Of a DNA stretch of 64,000 nucleotides, positions 38,478 to 46,485 are shown piece after piece (within the stretch, counting starts at the first letter, position 1; each line of letters starts with the position of its first letter). The notes under the pieces were generated by a model. It did not search any database. It was not told the origin of the DNA and was given only the letters and a program-made list of their open reading frames with translations. Location of the stretch: positions 62,001 through 126,000 of IMG/VR virus record IMGVR_UViG_3300047322_001237. The stretch is one strand, 5' to 3'. Made by a program: the position numbers and the translations under genes.

Positions 38478-39551
38478 TTACAGTTCGACGGCCTTCGAAA
38501 CGTCAATGCCAAAATCGCCGATCTTGCCGACGAGCTGGTTCAACTCCTCGTGCGTGAAGTCCACGCCCTTGATGTTGTACGACGCCTGTACCAGACTCTT
38601 CTTCGCAGGCGCGCCAACAGCGAAGCCACTGGCCGTGAGTTCGGAGTACAGCTCTTTGACCTCACCGAGCGTGAAGTCCACGCCGCGAATCTTCATCGAG
38701 ACTTCGAACAGCGGTTGATTAGCCAGCACTGCGGGCGGTGCGCTCGATACCAGGTCTGCTTTCACTTCTTCTTCCTTGTTTTCGTTGTTGGATTGCACTT
38801 CAGATTCGTTCACTGCCGCCTTCTGCCAGCGCGCGGGCATCGGCAGGTCATTGAGTCGGTAAACGAAGTAGGGACGCTTCGGCAATTGCTCGACTGCACG
38901 ACGGGTCACGTAACCCGCCTTGAAGAAGATCGACAGCTTCGGCGAGATGCTGACCGGGTTGTAGTCGTAGTCCGCAAGGAACACAGCCAGGTCGGCTGCG
39001 GAATACTCACCGAAATCCGCCATCAACTTCCAGATGGCGACGTCGAGCGTATCGCCAGGCAGGATCTCGCCCAACTTCTGCGGCACGGGTTGCTGTTCTT
39101 CCACCGCCACCGGCGTGATGACCTCGACTGCCGGTTCTTCAAACACCTCCGGCATGGCCGGCTGTTCCATCGGTTCGTCCTTCTCGTTTGCGGGGATGGG
39201 CATGGGGATATGCGCCTTCAGTCGGTACACAGTGCGGGGACCCTCGCCGCGACGATCGTAGATGCGGTTGCTTCGTACGAGCGAGGCGGTGCGGTTTTCC
39301 ACTTGCGCCGGATCGAAACCGAAGTCCTTGATTGCCACAACGATCTCCTTCGCGCCACGCCACTTGCGATCGGACATCAACTTCCAAATTGCTACGTCAA
39401 TACCTTCTTCAACCAGGATGCGATTGATCGACACGCGCTTGCGCACGGTGACGGTCGGTTGTTGCAACTTGCTGCCCTTTTGACCATTGGCAAAGAACAG
39501 GTCGCGGAGGTCAGTCAGCGAATTGCCAGCGGTACCCAGTGCATTCAACAT
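38478..39551 (-). CDS. early protein with two winged-helix-like repeats and two C-terminal short repeats
   Basis: DVAIWKLM...VYRL twice; I(R/K)GVDFT twice. Confidence 0.7.
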   Translation of the reverse strand: MLNALGTAGNSLTDLRDLFFANGQKGSKLQQPTVTVRKRVSINRILVEEGIDVAIWKLMSDRKWRGAKEIVVAIKDFGFDPAQVENRTASLVRSNRIYDRRGEGPRTVYRLKAHIPMPIPANEKDEPMEQPAMPEVFEEPAVEVITPVAVEEQQPVPQKLGEILPGDTLDVAIWKLMADFGEYSAADLAVFLADYDYNPVSISPKLSIFFKAGYVTRRAVEQLPKRPYFVYRLNDLPMPARWQKAAVNESEVQSNNENKEEEVKADLVSSAPPAVLANQPLFEVSMKIRGVDFTLGEVKELYSELTASGFAVGAPAKKSLVQASYNIKGVDFTHEELNQLVGKIGDFGIDVSKAVEL

Positions 39552-39609
39552 GTAAAACTCCAGCCTTGTTTAAGTGTTATTAAGAGCATCTGGATTGATG
39601 CTCGTACAC

Positions 39610-39635
39610 GTCATATAGGTCTCAGATATTTTTCG
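39610..39635 (-). promoter_or_regulatory. phiKZ-type early promoter
   Basis: minus strand AAAAATATCTGAGACCTATATGAC. Confidence 0.6.
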
Positions 39636-39694
39636 TTCCGTTTTAACGGGACGAGCGAAGGCGGCATAAGGGGAGGCACGAAGCCTCCCGATTA

Positions 39695-40189
39695 TTACCA
39701 TGCGAGATATGAGGGACGCCCCTTCTCGTCATCGTCGAAAGCGAATTGAAGCTTTTTCGGAGCGAGCCAGGCAACGAGATCGATCTGTTCTTGCTTGATA
39801 ATGCCGCCCGTAATCGTGGATTGTGTTTTCCACTCGGTTAGCAGTTTGTTGTGCTCATTGTCGTTCTTGACCCAGTCGTCCTGAGCCAGGATTACGATTG
39901 TGTAAAGGAAGAGTTCGAGCTTCTCAATCTCTCCGCGCGGAGGGATTCGATTTTCGGGAACGGTGAGTTCAATGACATTGCCGCGCGCGCTGTAGCGCGT
40001 CGTGCCGTGCGTCTTTTCCATCATGGAGGCGAAGGCTTGACCAATCGCCTCTTGCTTGTCTGTCGTGGCGTAAAGCCACTCATTTGATTCAGTTTCATCC
40101 CAGCGGACAATCTTACCGGTTCGCTTAAAGCCCGGCATTAACTCGCGCTGATTATAGCCGGATCCATGGTAAAGCAACTTGGTGGTCAT
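39695..40189 (-). CDS. ADP-ribosyltransferase-fold candidate (Arr/DUF952-like H-Y-E)
   Basis: LLYHGS..L.PG ... WLYATTDKQEAI ... EW pattern; probable start MTTKLL. Confidence 0.45.
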   Translation of the reverse strand: MTTKLLYHGSGYNQRELMPGFKRTGKIVRWDETESNEWLYATTDKQEAIGQAFASMMEKTHGTTRYSARGNVIELTVPENRIPPRGEIEKLELFLYTIVILAQDDWVKNDNEHNKLLTEWKTQSTITGGIIKQEQIDLVAWLAPKKLQFAFDDDEKGRPSYLAW

Positions 40190-40205
40190 GTTGTATTCGC
40201 GCAAA

Positions 40206-40246
40206 AGGGCATACAGGACAGGGGCGGGGTCCCCTGTCCCTTTTTT
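40206..40246. terminator. hairpin closing the ncRNA locus
   Basis: ggacagggg-cggggt-cccctgtcc; followed by TTTTTT on plus and TGTATGCCCTTTT on minus. Confidence 0.75.
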
Positions 40247-41119
40247 GTACGCCTGAAGACAGTGGAGTCAGATCACTTGGGTTTTGGTATGTCCGTTACG
40301 CACGCGCCCGGCGTCGACTGAGGTCAGAAAACCAGCGATACTGCGATCCGTCTTGCCTTCCAGTTGCTTCCTCGTGAGAAGAAACACTAAGCGGGCAAGA
40401 CCGGAGACTGAAGCTAAAGAACAATAACGGCAGTGCGCCAGAGTTCTTGATGCGGCGATTGTTGCTAATACAGCAATGGATTAGTGCGCTTCCCATAGAA
40501 GACTGGCGTGAAGCAGATCCGTCTATTTCGCGGGGAGACAACCGCTCTAATAGAGTTACCCTGGTTCCAGCGTCTCGTAGACGCTGACTCTTACGAAGGT
40601 GTGCAACCCATCGCACAGAACGCCAAGACTTCTACAGGCTGCGCACTGAGAGCATGGCTCGATCAGCTGCATGGGCGCACCGCACGGCGCCACACGCACA
40701 AGGCACAACTTCCCGGGCTACACCCAGGCTTACCGATACAGGAGTGAAGTGGGCTCCTGACAGTCCGCTTTCGCAAGCGTTTCCGTAACCGGTGTTTGAT
40801 TCGGTGAACTGTGATCCTGAGCAACTAAAACAGCCAGTGAACAAATGGGATTCCCGTCCCTATAGCGCATCATTTCGCTGTCTCACGACAGTGCACGTAG
40901 CGTCTCACGACGAGTACGGCTGAATGCGCAGATCACTAACAACTACCCGGTGCTTTAGCGGGGCACTGGTGCTACTCAGGATTTCGCAGGCGTTTCACCT
41001 GGACATGGTTCCGGCCATCAGCGTTGCGCCTATGCCTTCTCCGTGCTGCGGACTTGCACCGCTCATCAGACAGTATCTAAGACCATCGATCTACAAGACA
41101 GAGCGATCTGTCTCGTCGC
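40215..41119 (-). ncRNA. candidate large (about 900 nt) structured non-coding RNA
   Basis: No credible ORF. TATG start at 41122-41119; 5'/3' closing helix 41102-41114 with 40265-40277; nested helices with G-U pairs; GUGA, GUGA, GCGA tetraloop hairpins; T-loop-like loops; 3' hairpin. Confidence 0.75.
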
Positions 41120-41132
41120 ATACGATAGGGGT

Positions 41133-41675
41133 TCAGGCATTTTTTACTGCGTCCGTCCTATTGCTATCAGGAAGCGCAGCGGCGACGCCGTGCTGCTTGC
41201 GCCACAGTTCGAATTCGTGTTCCTCACCGAGATGCTTGATGAACTCGCCGGCGTCGGAGAGCTCGGCAACTTGTCGCTTGATGCGCTGGTTCTGCTGAGA
41301 CAGACCAACGTTGGCGACTTCAAGCATCTCGCAGATGTCACGCCACTCCGCATCCGGCTTGACGTCCGGGAAGATCAGTCGCGGCATGAACGACAAATCT
41401 ATCGCGCACTCGCCGAACTTGACACTGATTGTCCAGCGCTCGCGTCCATGATGCGTTACATCAGGCTCGCCGACCGTCCTGATCGCGAAGGTCGTGGTGA
41501 TCTCCGACACAACCTCAGCGGGCAGGCCTGGCTTCTCGGTCCATGGGATGCAGATAAGATCGAAGTCTCGAGCAAGACTTCCGTGGATTGCCATCGCGTA
41601 ACCATGCTTGCGGGCGATTTCCGCCAACTGCGGATAAAGCGCGCAGTAGACGGGAGCGTAGTTAGCATCCTTCAT
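41133..41675 (-). CDS. nucleotidyltransferase-like protein (pol-beta-type motif)
   Basis: AIHGSLARDFDLICIPW (hGS..DxD) and a later IDLS acidic strand. Confidence 0.45.
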   Translation of the reverse strand: MKDANYAPVYCALYPQLAEIARKHGYAMAIHGSLARDFDLICIPWTEKPGLPAEVVSEITTTFAIRTVGEPDVTHHGRERWTISVKFGECAIDLSFMPRLIFPDVKPDAEWRDICEMLEVANVGLSQQNQRIKRQVAELSDAGEFIKHLGEEHEFELWRKQHGVAAALPDSNRTDAVKNA

Positions 41676-42318
41676 TGCCCTTCTCCTTTTCCGGATAAGC
41701 GATGTTGAAGACCGCGGACAGCGCGCGGTCGAGCTGCTCCCGCTTCTCGGCTGTCATCACGATAGGCGTGCCGTCCGGCCGGAAACAGTAGTGACCGCCT
41801 TCGCACCCGATCGCGCTGCAGCCGCCCGGCTTGCACGTATCCTTCTTCTCCACTTGCTTTTCGACAGGGGGCAAGCCGACTACCGCGCGCAGATCGTTGG
41901 CCAGCAGGTCGACCACCTTGCCATCTTCCAACACCACGCCCATGATCTCGTCATCCATGTCGGTCGTCGAATAAGCTTCCACGAAGGCCTTGATGCGTTC
42001 GATGGCTTGCGCAGGCTTTGCTTCTTCTGCCCGTGCGAGTCCCGAGCGAACGCCTGCGTCGAAGATCTCTTGCTCCGTAGGCTTCCGACCCTTCGCCACG
42101 TAGAAAGCGCCGCTGAAACCGCCGTACGTCCGCGGCGTCAGGAGCAACGGATTGGGCGCGACTTCTTCGGCGTGCTTTGCCGGCGTGGAGAAGAACACCG
42201 AGCCGACCGCATAGTCGGTCCAGTGCCCGAACCATTTGAGGATCGGACCGTATTCATCGAGCCCTGCAACCACTGCCGCCGGCACGTAGTCGCTCTTGTC
42301 TTGTGGTGTTGTTGTCAT
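41662..42318 (-). CDS. hypothetical protein with C-terminal Cys cluster
   Basis: 218 aa; CKPGGCSAIGCEGGHYC. Confidence 0.6.
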   Translation of the reverse strand: MTTTPQDKSDYVPAAVVAGLDEYGPILKWFGHWTDYAVGSVFFSTPAKHAEEVAPNPLLLTPRTYGGFSGAFYVAKGRKPTEQEIFDAGVRSGLARAEEAKPAQAIERIKAFVEAYSTTDMDDEIMGVVLEDGKVVDLLANDLRAVVGLPPVEKQVEKKDTCKPGGCSAIGCEGGHYCFRPDGTPIVMTAEKREQLDRALSAVFNIAYPEKEKGNEGC

Positions 42319-42345
42319 CTGCTTGTGTCGTTGATGAGGTGTTTG

Positions 42346-42666
42346 TTACTTCTGTACGTCGCGAGGCATCGGGACTTCCGAGCCTTGCTTCCAGCGAACG
42401 CCGCCGGCGGCTGCCATCACAGAACCCGAGATCGCGACGATCCCGGTGGAGAAGCTCATGCTGTCGAAGTGGTGAGAGCGGAGGGTGTCGTAGAGCGTGA
42501 GGCCGAGAAACTCCAGACCGCCCAGCATCACGAAGCCGTAGCCGATCAGACGGGCCGGATCGACGTCGCCGTTCCAGTTGGTGAAAATGTCACCCGCTGT
42601 CTTCTTGAGCAGCGCGCGAGCGTTAGCCAGGGTTACGAGGTTCTTGAGTGTTTGCCACATGGTCAT
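42346..42666 (-). CDS. two-TM membrane protein (holin-like)
   Basis: LIGYGFVMLGGLEFLGLTLY and FSTGIVAISGSVMAAAGGV helices. Confidence 0.5.
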   Translation of the reverse strand: MTMWQTLKNLVTLANARALLKKTAGDIFTNWNGDVDPARLIGYGFVMLGGLEFLGLTLYDTLRSHHFDSMSFSTGIVAISGSVMAAAGGVRWKQGSEVPMPRDVQK

Positions 42667-42708
42667 TCTCCGAGGGGGTATCCAAAGGATTCGTCGACGG
42701 GCATGACC

Positions 42709-42742
42709 AAAAAAAAAACAGTTCACGCGAAGCGAACTGTTT
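42709..42742 (-). terminator. intrinsic terminator
   Basis: aacagttc-gcttcgcgt-gaactgtt + T10. Confidence 0.8.
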
Positions 42743-42756
42743 GAAGCAGGGAACCC

Positions 42757-42966
42757 TTAGATGTCCCAGTCCCAGTCGGGACGCGACTGCTCTGCTGCGA
42801 GGCGTCGACGCGCCTCGTCAGAGATCACCACGGAGGAGGACTCCAGCGGTTGCAATTGCGCCCTTACTACTCGATGGGAAACGGGTTGGGGTTCTTGCTG
42901 CTTCGCCCTTCGCATGTAATCGTGGAAGGGCTCAAACACGGGCGTAGCACTGAACACTCGGACCAT
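42757..42966 (-). CDS. small hypothetical protein
   Basis: 69 aa, GGGAG RBS. Confidence 0.5.
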   Translation of the reverse strand: MVRVFSATPVFEPFHDYMRRAKQQEPQPVSHRVVRAQLQPLESSSVVISDEARRRLAAEQSRPDWDWDI

Positions 42967-42984
42967 GGCGCGCTCCCTTGTCTG

Positions 42985-43407
42985 TTAAGCGACGTTGGGA
43001 AGCGGACCTTGCTGGGATTCCTCGCGCGGTTCTTTCAGCACGCGGGCCAGCGTGAAGCTCATGTACAGGGTCGACGCGAGACAGAGCACGATCGAAACCA
43101 TGAGCACCGCATACCAGTGCATCATGAACAGACTGCCGAGATACACGATCGCAGCGCCCGCAAACCGAGCAGCGATCATCCAGACGCCCTTGGCGCCGAG
43201 GTTCTGATAGCTCGTGTGCCGGACCGTACGGATGAAGACCGCGATACCCGTCTTGCTCTGATGCGACCAGATCAGGTACGGGCCCATGAGCGAGATCTGG
43301 AAGGCGACCAGTGCGAGGTAGAGCGACTGCGCGGTCGAGAGATTCGAGAAGTTCGATTGAACGAACGAGAAGATAGTGTTCAACATGGTCGGTATCCTTG
43401 AATGCAA
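42985..43407 (-). CDS. multi-pass membrane protein
   Basis: three hydrophobic segments. Confidence 0.65.
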   Translation of the reverse strand: MHSRIPTMLNTIFSFVQSNFSNLSTAQSLYLALVAFQISLMGPYLIWSHQSKTGIAVFIRTVRHTSYQNLGAKGVWMIAARFAGAAIVYLGSLFMMHWYAVLMVSIVLCLASTLYMSFTLARVLKEPREESQQGPLPNVA

Positions 43408-43472
43408 AAAGAAAGGGCCACTGCGATGAGTGGCCCTAGGGTTGATGCTGTTTCGTGTTAGGCGAGCTTGTC

Positions 43473-43637
43473 TTAGCGTCCCGGATCCTTCTTGACGAAC
43501 ACGCCGAACAGACGGGTGGACACGTCTTTCGCGGTGGTCATAGTGTTTGGTTCTCGGGATTTATTTACAGCGGGTATGGATTTCTCGGGAACAGTCGGCA
43601 CCTTGCGACCGAACACGATTGGAGGACGTTCCTTCAT
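43473..43637 (-). CDS. small hypothetical protein (54 aa)
   Basis: GGAGG RBS; MKERPPIVFGRK...; not in track. Confidence 0.45.
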   Translation of the reverse strand: MKERPPIVFGRKVPTVPEKSIPAVNKSREPNTMTTAKDVSTRLFGVFVKKDPGR

Positions 43638-43652
43638 GGCTCCTCCAGGGAT

Positions 43653-43757
43653 TCACTTGACGTCGTACTTGAAGGTTCCGCTGTAGATCGTCTTGACGGC
43701 CAAGCCGAAGAGGACCCCGAGGCCCACATAGCCGGCCGCTTTCAATGCCTTTTCCAT
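43653..43757 (-). CDS. 34-aa single-TM protein
   Basis: AGGA RBS; MEKALKAAGYVGLGVLFGLAVKTIYSGTFKYDVK. Confidence 0.55.
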   Translation of the reverse strand: MEKALKAAGYVGLGVLFGLAVKTIYSGTFKYDVK

Positions 43758-43771
43758 TTCCTGCTCCTTGG

Positions 43772-43918
43772 TTACTTGGTGTCTTCCGTTTCGTTCTTCT
43801 TCGGTTCCTCGTCCTTGCCAAACTTCAGAGCGATCGGCAGGGAGAGGGCCAGCAGTACGCCAGTGGCGAAGTAACAGATCGCGGCACCGTTGGAGATGCC
43901 GTCGTCAAAATCTTCCAT
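43772..43918 (-). CDS. 48-aa single-TM protein
   Basis: AAGGA RBS; MEDFDDGISNGAAICYFATGVLLALSLPIALKFGKDEEPKK... Confidence 0.55.
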   Translation of the reverse strand: MEDFDDGISNGAAICYFATGVLLALSLPIALKFGKDEEPKKNETEDTK

Positions 43919-43932
43919 GATTGATCCTTGTT

Positions 43933-44238
43933 TCAGAGAGCCCGAATAGCATCCAGGCGTCGGTAGTACTCAGCCACGAGGTGATAGCCGTCCAGATCGC
44001 ACACCTTGAATGCGAGCTCGAGGGCCAACGGCCACTTGTCGGTACCGGTCAACTTGTCGACTTCCTGCTCGACTTGAGCGAGCAAGCTGGCGGCAACATC
44101 CATCGCCTCGATCGTTTCTTCTGCACGACTGAGTTGCTCCTCGGCTCTCGGTGGCCGCGGATGGTACTGATCCTTAAGGTCGCGCAGTACAGCCTTCGCT
44201 TCATGGATCGTGCGCAGCATTTGGGCTTCGGTTTGCAT
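43933..44238 (-). CDS. hypothetical coiled-coil protein
   Basis: 101 aa. Confidence 0.6.
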   Translation of the reverse strand: MQTEAQMLRTIHEAKAVLRDLKDQYHPRPPRAEEQLSRAEETIEAMDVAASLLAQVEQEVDKLTGTDKWPLALELAFKVCDLDGYHLVAEYYRRLDAIRAL

Positions 44239-44257
44239 GATGGTTCGCTAGAAGTTG

Positions 44258-44479
44258 TTAGGGATTGGTGCGGGTGTCGGAAATTGCGCGCTGCAGGTTG
44301 GCCATCGCGGCCTTGACCCATTCCTCCTCTTGAGCGACGTGGCTGGACAGCTTGTCCACGAGAAACGGAATCACGAAGAATGCCAAGACCACGCTCACCG
44401 CGAGGACCGACACCAGCGCTTCGCCGTTCATTGCCAACTGGATCATCAGGTACTTCATTGCGGAAATTACTGCGTGCAT
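44258..44479 (-). CDS. single-TM protein
   Basis: probable start MHAVIS behind AAGGAG; LVSVLAVSVVLAFFVIPFLV. Confidence 0.55.
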   Translation of the reverse strand: MHAVISAMKYLMIQLAMNGEALVSVLAVSVVLAFFVIPFLVDKLSSHVAQEEEWVKAAMANLQRAISDTRTNP

Positions 44480-44552
44480 CTCGCTTCTCCTTAATTGGTT
44501 CATTGAGCCGGGTGAGCGCCTGCTCACCCCGCGCTCATCGAAGATGACCGGC

Positions 44553-44714
44553 TTACGAAGCGGTCGACTGGGGCTGCTGGGGTTGCGGTTGCGCCGGGGC
44601 GGCGTTCTTGTCGCGATTGCAATACTTCTCGATCTGCTGGACGACCTTGTAGCCGGCATAGCAACCGAGGATGAAGCCGGCGGCGCCGCCGAAGGAACGT
44701 GCAAAGCTACCCAT
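44553..44714 (-). CDS. 53-aa single-TM protein
   Basis: AAGGAG RBS; MGSFARSFGGAAGFILGCYAGYKVVQ...PAQPQPQQPQ. Confidence 0.55.
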   Translation of the reverse strand: MGSFARSFGGAAGFILGCYAGYKVVQQIEKYCNRDKNAAPAQPQPQQPQSTAS

Positions 44715-44779
44715 GACTTACTCCTTAATTAGGATTACTACGCTTAATGGTGGTGATGCTTTCTGAGATCGGTCGCAAC

Positions 44780-45211
44780 TCAAGCAGCGTTCGTGGCGCT
44801 GCCGTCGTTGGACTGACCCTTCTTGAGCAGATCCTGAGCATTAGCGATCGCTTTTTCCAGATCCTCTGCTGCCTGCTTTGCACGAGCTGCCGGATCGTCC
44901 GTCTTCGGAGCCGCTTCCTGCGCGGGCTTCGCTTCAGTTGCCGGCTTCGCTTCGTCCTTCGTCTCGTCCTTCTTTCCGTCCTTTGCGGCAGCGTCACCCT
45001 TCGTTGCTTCCGCCTTGTCGCGGTTGGTGTACCAGTAGGCGACGCCACCAACGACAGCTGCGGCGCCCAGACCGATCGCTGCGTACTTCAGGTTGTCTTC
45101 GGTGAAGATCGTCGACGGTTCCTGGCTGGTGGTCGTCGTGTTGCCGGCGTCAGCGTTCTCTGCGGTTTCTTGAGCAGCGTCGAAAGCGAACTTAGCGAGG
45201 GATGCGAACAT
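44780..45211 (-). CDS. single-TM early protein with charged C-terminal tail
   Basis: AAIGLGAAAVVGGVAYWY; AAGGAG RBS; first gene after an early promoter. Confidence 0.7.
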   Translation of the reverse strand: MFASLAKFAFDAAQETAENADAGNTTTTSQEPSTIFTEDNLKYAAIGLGAAAVVGGVAYWYTNRDKAEATKGDAAAKDGKKDETKDEAKPATEAKPAQEAAPKTDDPAARAKQAAEDLEKAIANAQDLLKKGQSNDGSATNAA

Positions 45212-45278
45212 GGTGATTCTCCTTTCAGGTGGTTTAGAGGTTTAAATCAGATCCAGATTGGTTCTTGATTCACGCCGG

Positions 45279-45300
45279 GAATATATGTTTGAGTTTTTTT
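45279..45300 (-). promoter_or_regulatory. phiKZ-type early promoter
   Basis: minus strand AAAAAAACTCAAACATATATTC. Confidence 0.55.
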
Positions 45301-45331
45301 AGAATCGTTGTTTTAGAGTAAAAAAAGAAAA

Positions 45332-45373
45332 GACGGCATAAAGGCCCGGGTCGCCCCGGGCTCCTATGCCGTC
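45332..45373. terminator. hairpin flanked by GACGGCATA / TATGCCGTC
   Basis: gacggcataa-aggcccggg..cccgggct-cctatgccgtc. Confidence 0.75.
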
Positions 45374-45386
45374 TGCACTCGAGGAA

Positions 45387-45692
45387 TTACAAAATGGCGC
45401 GGCGCACGCGCTCTTGATACTTGCTCAGTTTCTGCTCGGTATCCGCAGCTTGAGGGAAGAGCACGTAAAACCCGTCGCGCCCATTCCCCACTTCCTCACC
45501 GTCATTCAAGTCCTTACAGATTCCTTGCCTGCAGCGCACGATCGTCCCACCGTCATGCACGACGTCCTCCAGGACATCTCGCAGTTGCTGCGGTCCATCC
45601 GGGTGACGGTGTTTGAAAGCGTTGATGGCGATGAAGATGACTGCGCATGCTACGACGACCGGCACAATGCGACGGCCCCGAATGGAAAACAT
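45387..45692 (-). CDS. membrane-anchored hypothetical protein
   Basis: IVPVVVACAVIFIAINAF N-terminal TM. Confidence 0.55.
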   Translation of the reverse strand: MFSIRGRRIVPVVVACAVIFIAINAFKHRHPDGPQQLRDVLEDVVHDGGTIVRCRQGICKDLNDGEEVGNGRDGFYVLFPQAADTEQKLSKYQERVRRAIL

Positions 45693-45739
45693 GGTGCTCC
45701 TCGTGAAGCGTGGTTTTGTGAAGTGGCAGAGGGGGTAAA

Positions 45740-46186
45740 TCAGAAAATCGCCGCAGACCACTCGGTTTGCGGTTGATACGCTTGCGGCCTCATCGCCGTG
45801 GTGTTCTTCAGAATCTGGTCTGGTGCTGTGACGTCTTCAGGTTTGATCTGCGGTTCGACGTGATCAGGGTAATTGGTTCGCATGAACTTCAGATCAGCCG
45901 AAACTGCGGAATCCGTCAGCCCGAGCAACTCAGCGACTTCGCATGCTTTGCAACCGGACTTAAAGACGGCGGCAACCAGTCGGCGACGATCAGACGTCTC
46001 CAGGTAATACGCGTAAATCGGCGACTGATCCAAGAACCAGCGACGGCAGATTTCGCCATTCACTTCGCTCATGATGAGCGTATAGCGACCGAAGTGCGTC
46101 ATCTCAACGCGACCTCGGTGCGGCGGTTCACATTGAATTGCTTGTTGGGAAACGCTTGCGAAGTATTCGAAAAGTGCGCTGAGCAT
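45740..46186 (-). CDS. HTH-containing protein
   Basis: KACEVAELLGLTDSAVSADL helix-turn-helix; probable start MLSALF. Confidence 0.6.
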   Translation of the reverse strand: MLSALFEYFASVSQQAIQCEPPHRGRVEMTHFGRYTLIMSEVNGEICRRWFLDQSPIYAYYLETSDRRRLVAAVFKSGCKACEVAELLGLTDSAVSADLKFMRTNYPDHVEPQIKPEDVTAPDQILKNTTAMRPQAYQPQTEWSAAIF

Positions 46187-46261
46187 GATGAGGAATGAAT
46201 TTGATTGGTGACCGGCATTGGATTCGATTGGGCAGTGAGAATTACCAGGAATCTCAGAGTA

Positions 46262-46285
46262 GTGATATAGGTCTGTAAGTAACTG
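46262..46285 (-). promoter_or_regulatory. phiKZ-type early promoter
   Basis: minus strand TTACTTACAGACCTATATCAC. Confidence 0.6.
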
Positions 46286-46485
46286 CAGCGCCAATGGGAT
46301 ATCGCTTGGAACGGTGAAATAGCGGACTACTTAATACCGTCCCGAAACGCTTCCGACCGATCGTTATTTTTGCTATTGTCGTCGGCAATTCTGCATGGAC
46401 TGCCGCAAATTCATTCCGCAAAATCATGGGCCGGAAGGGCGTCGGCGCGTATACTCCTTCGTCGAGTTGGATGGGAGGGATTCCG

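Noticed and set aside
40885-40925. Group II intron domain V-like segment (CAGCCGUACUCGUC-GUGA-GACGCUACGUG) in the large RNA
   Set aside because: It has an AGC and a GNRA-capped stem, but the pairing and bulge geometry are non-canonical, it lies near the 5' end rather than the 3' end, no gene is interrupted and no RT/maturase is nearby. Group I P7 signatures were also not found.
41040-41075. tRNA-like T-arm GCGG-UGCAAGU-CCGC
   Set aside because: No acceptor stem, D-arm or anticodon arm could be built. Kept only as a T-loop motif of the large RNA. No tRNA genes were recognised in the window.
40296-41298. ORFs 40296..40616(-), 40508..40747(+), 40632..40844(-) and 40924..41298(+) from the track
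   Set aside because: No RBS, atypical Arg/Ser/Cys-rich composition, mutually overlapping, and they coincide with extensive RNA helices. Treated as shadow ORFs.
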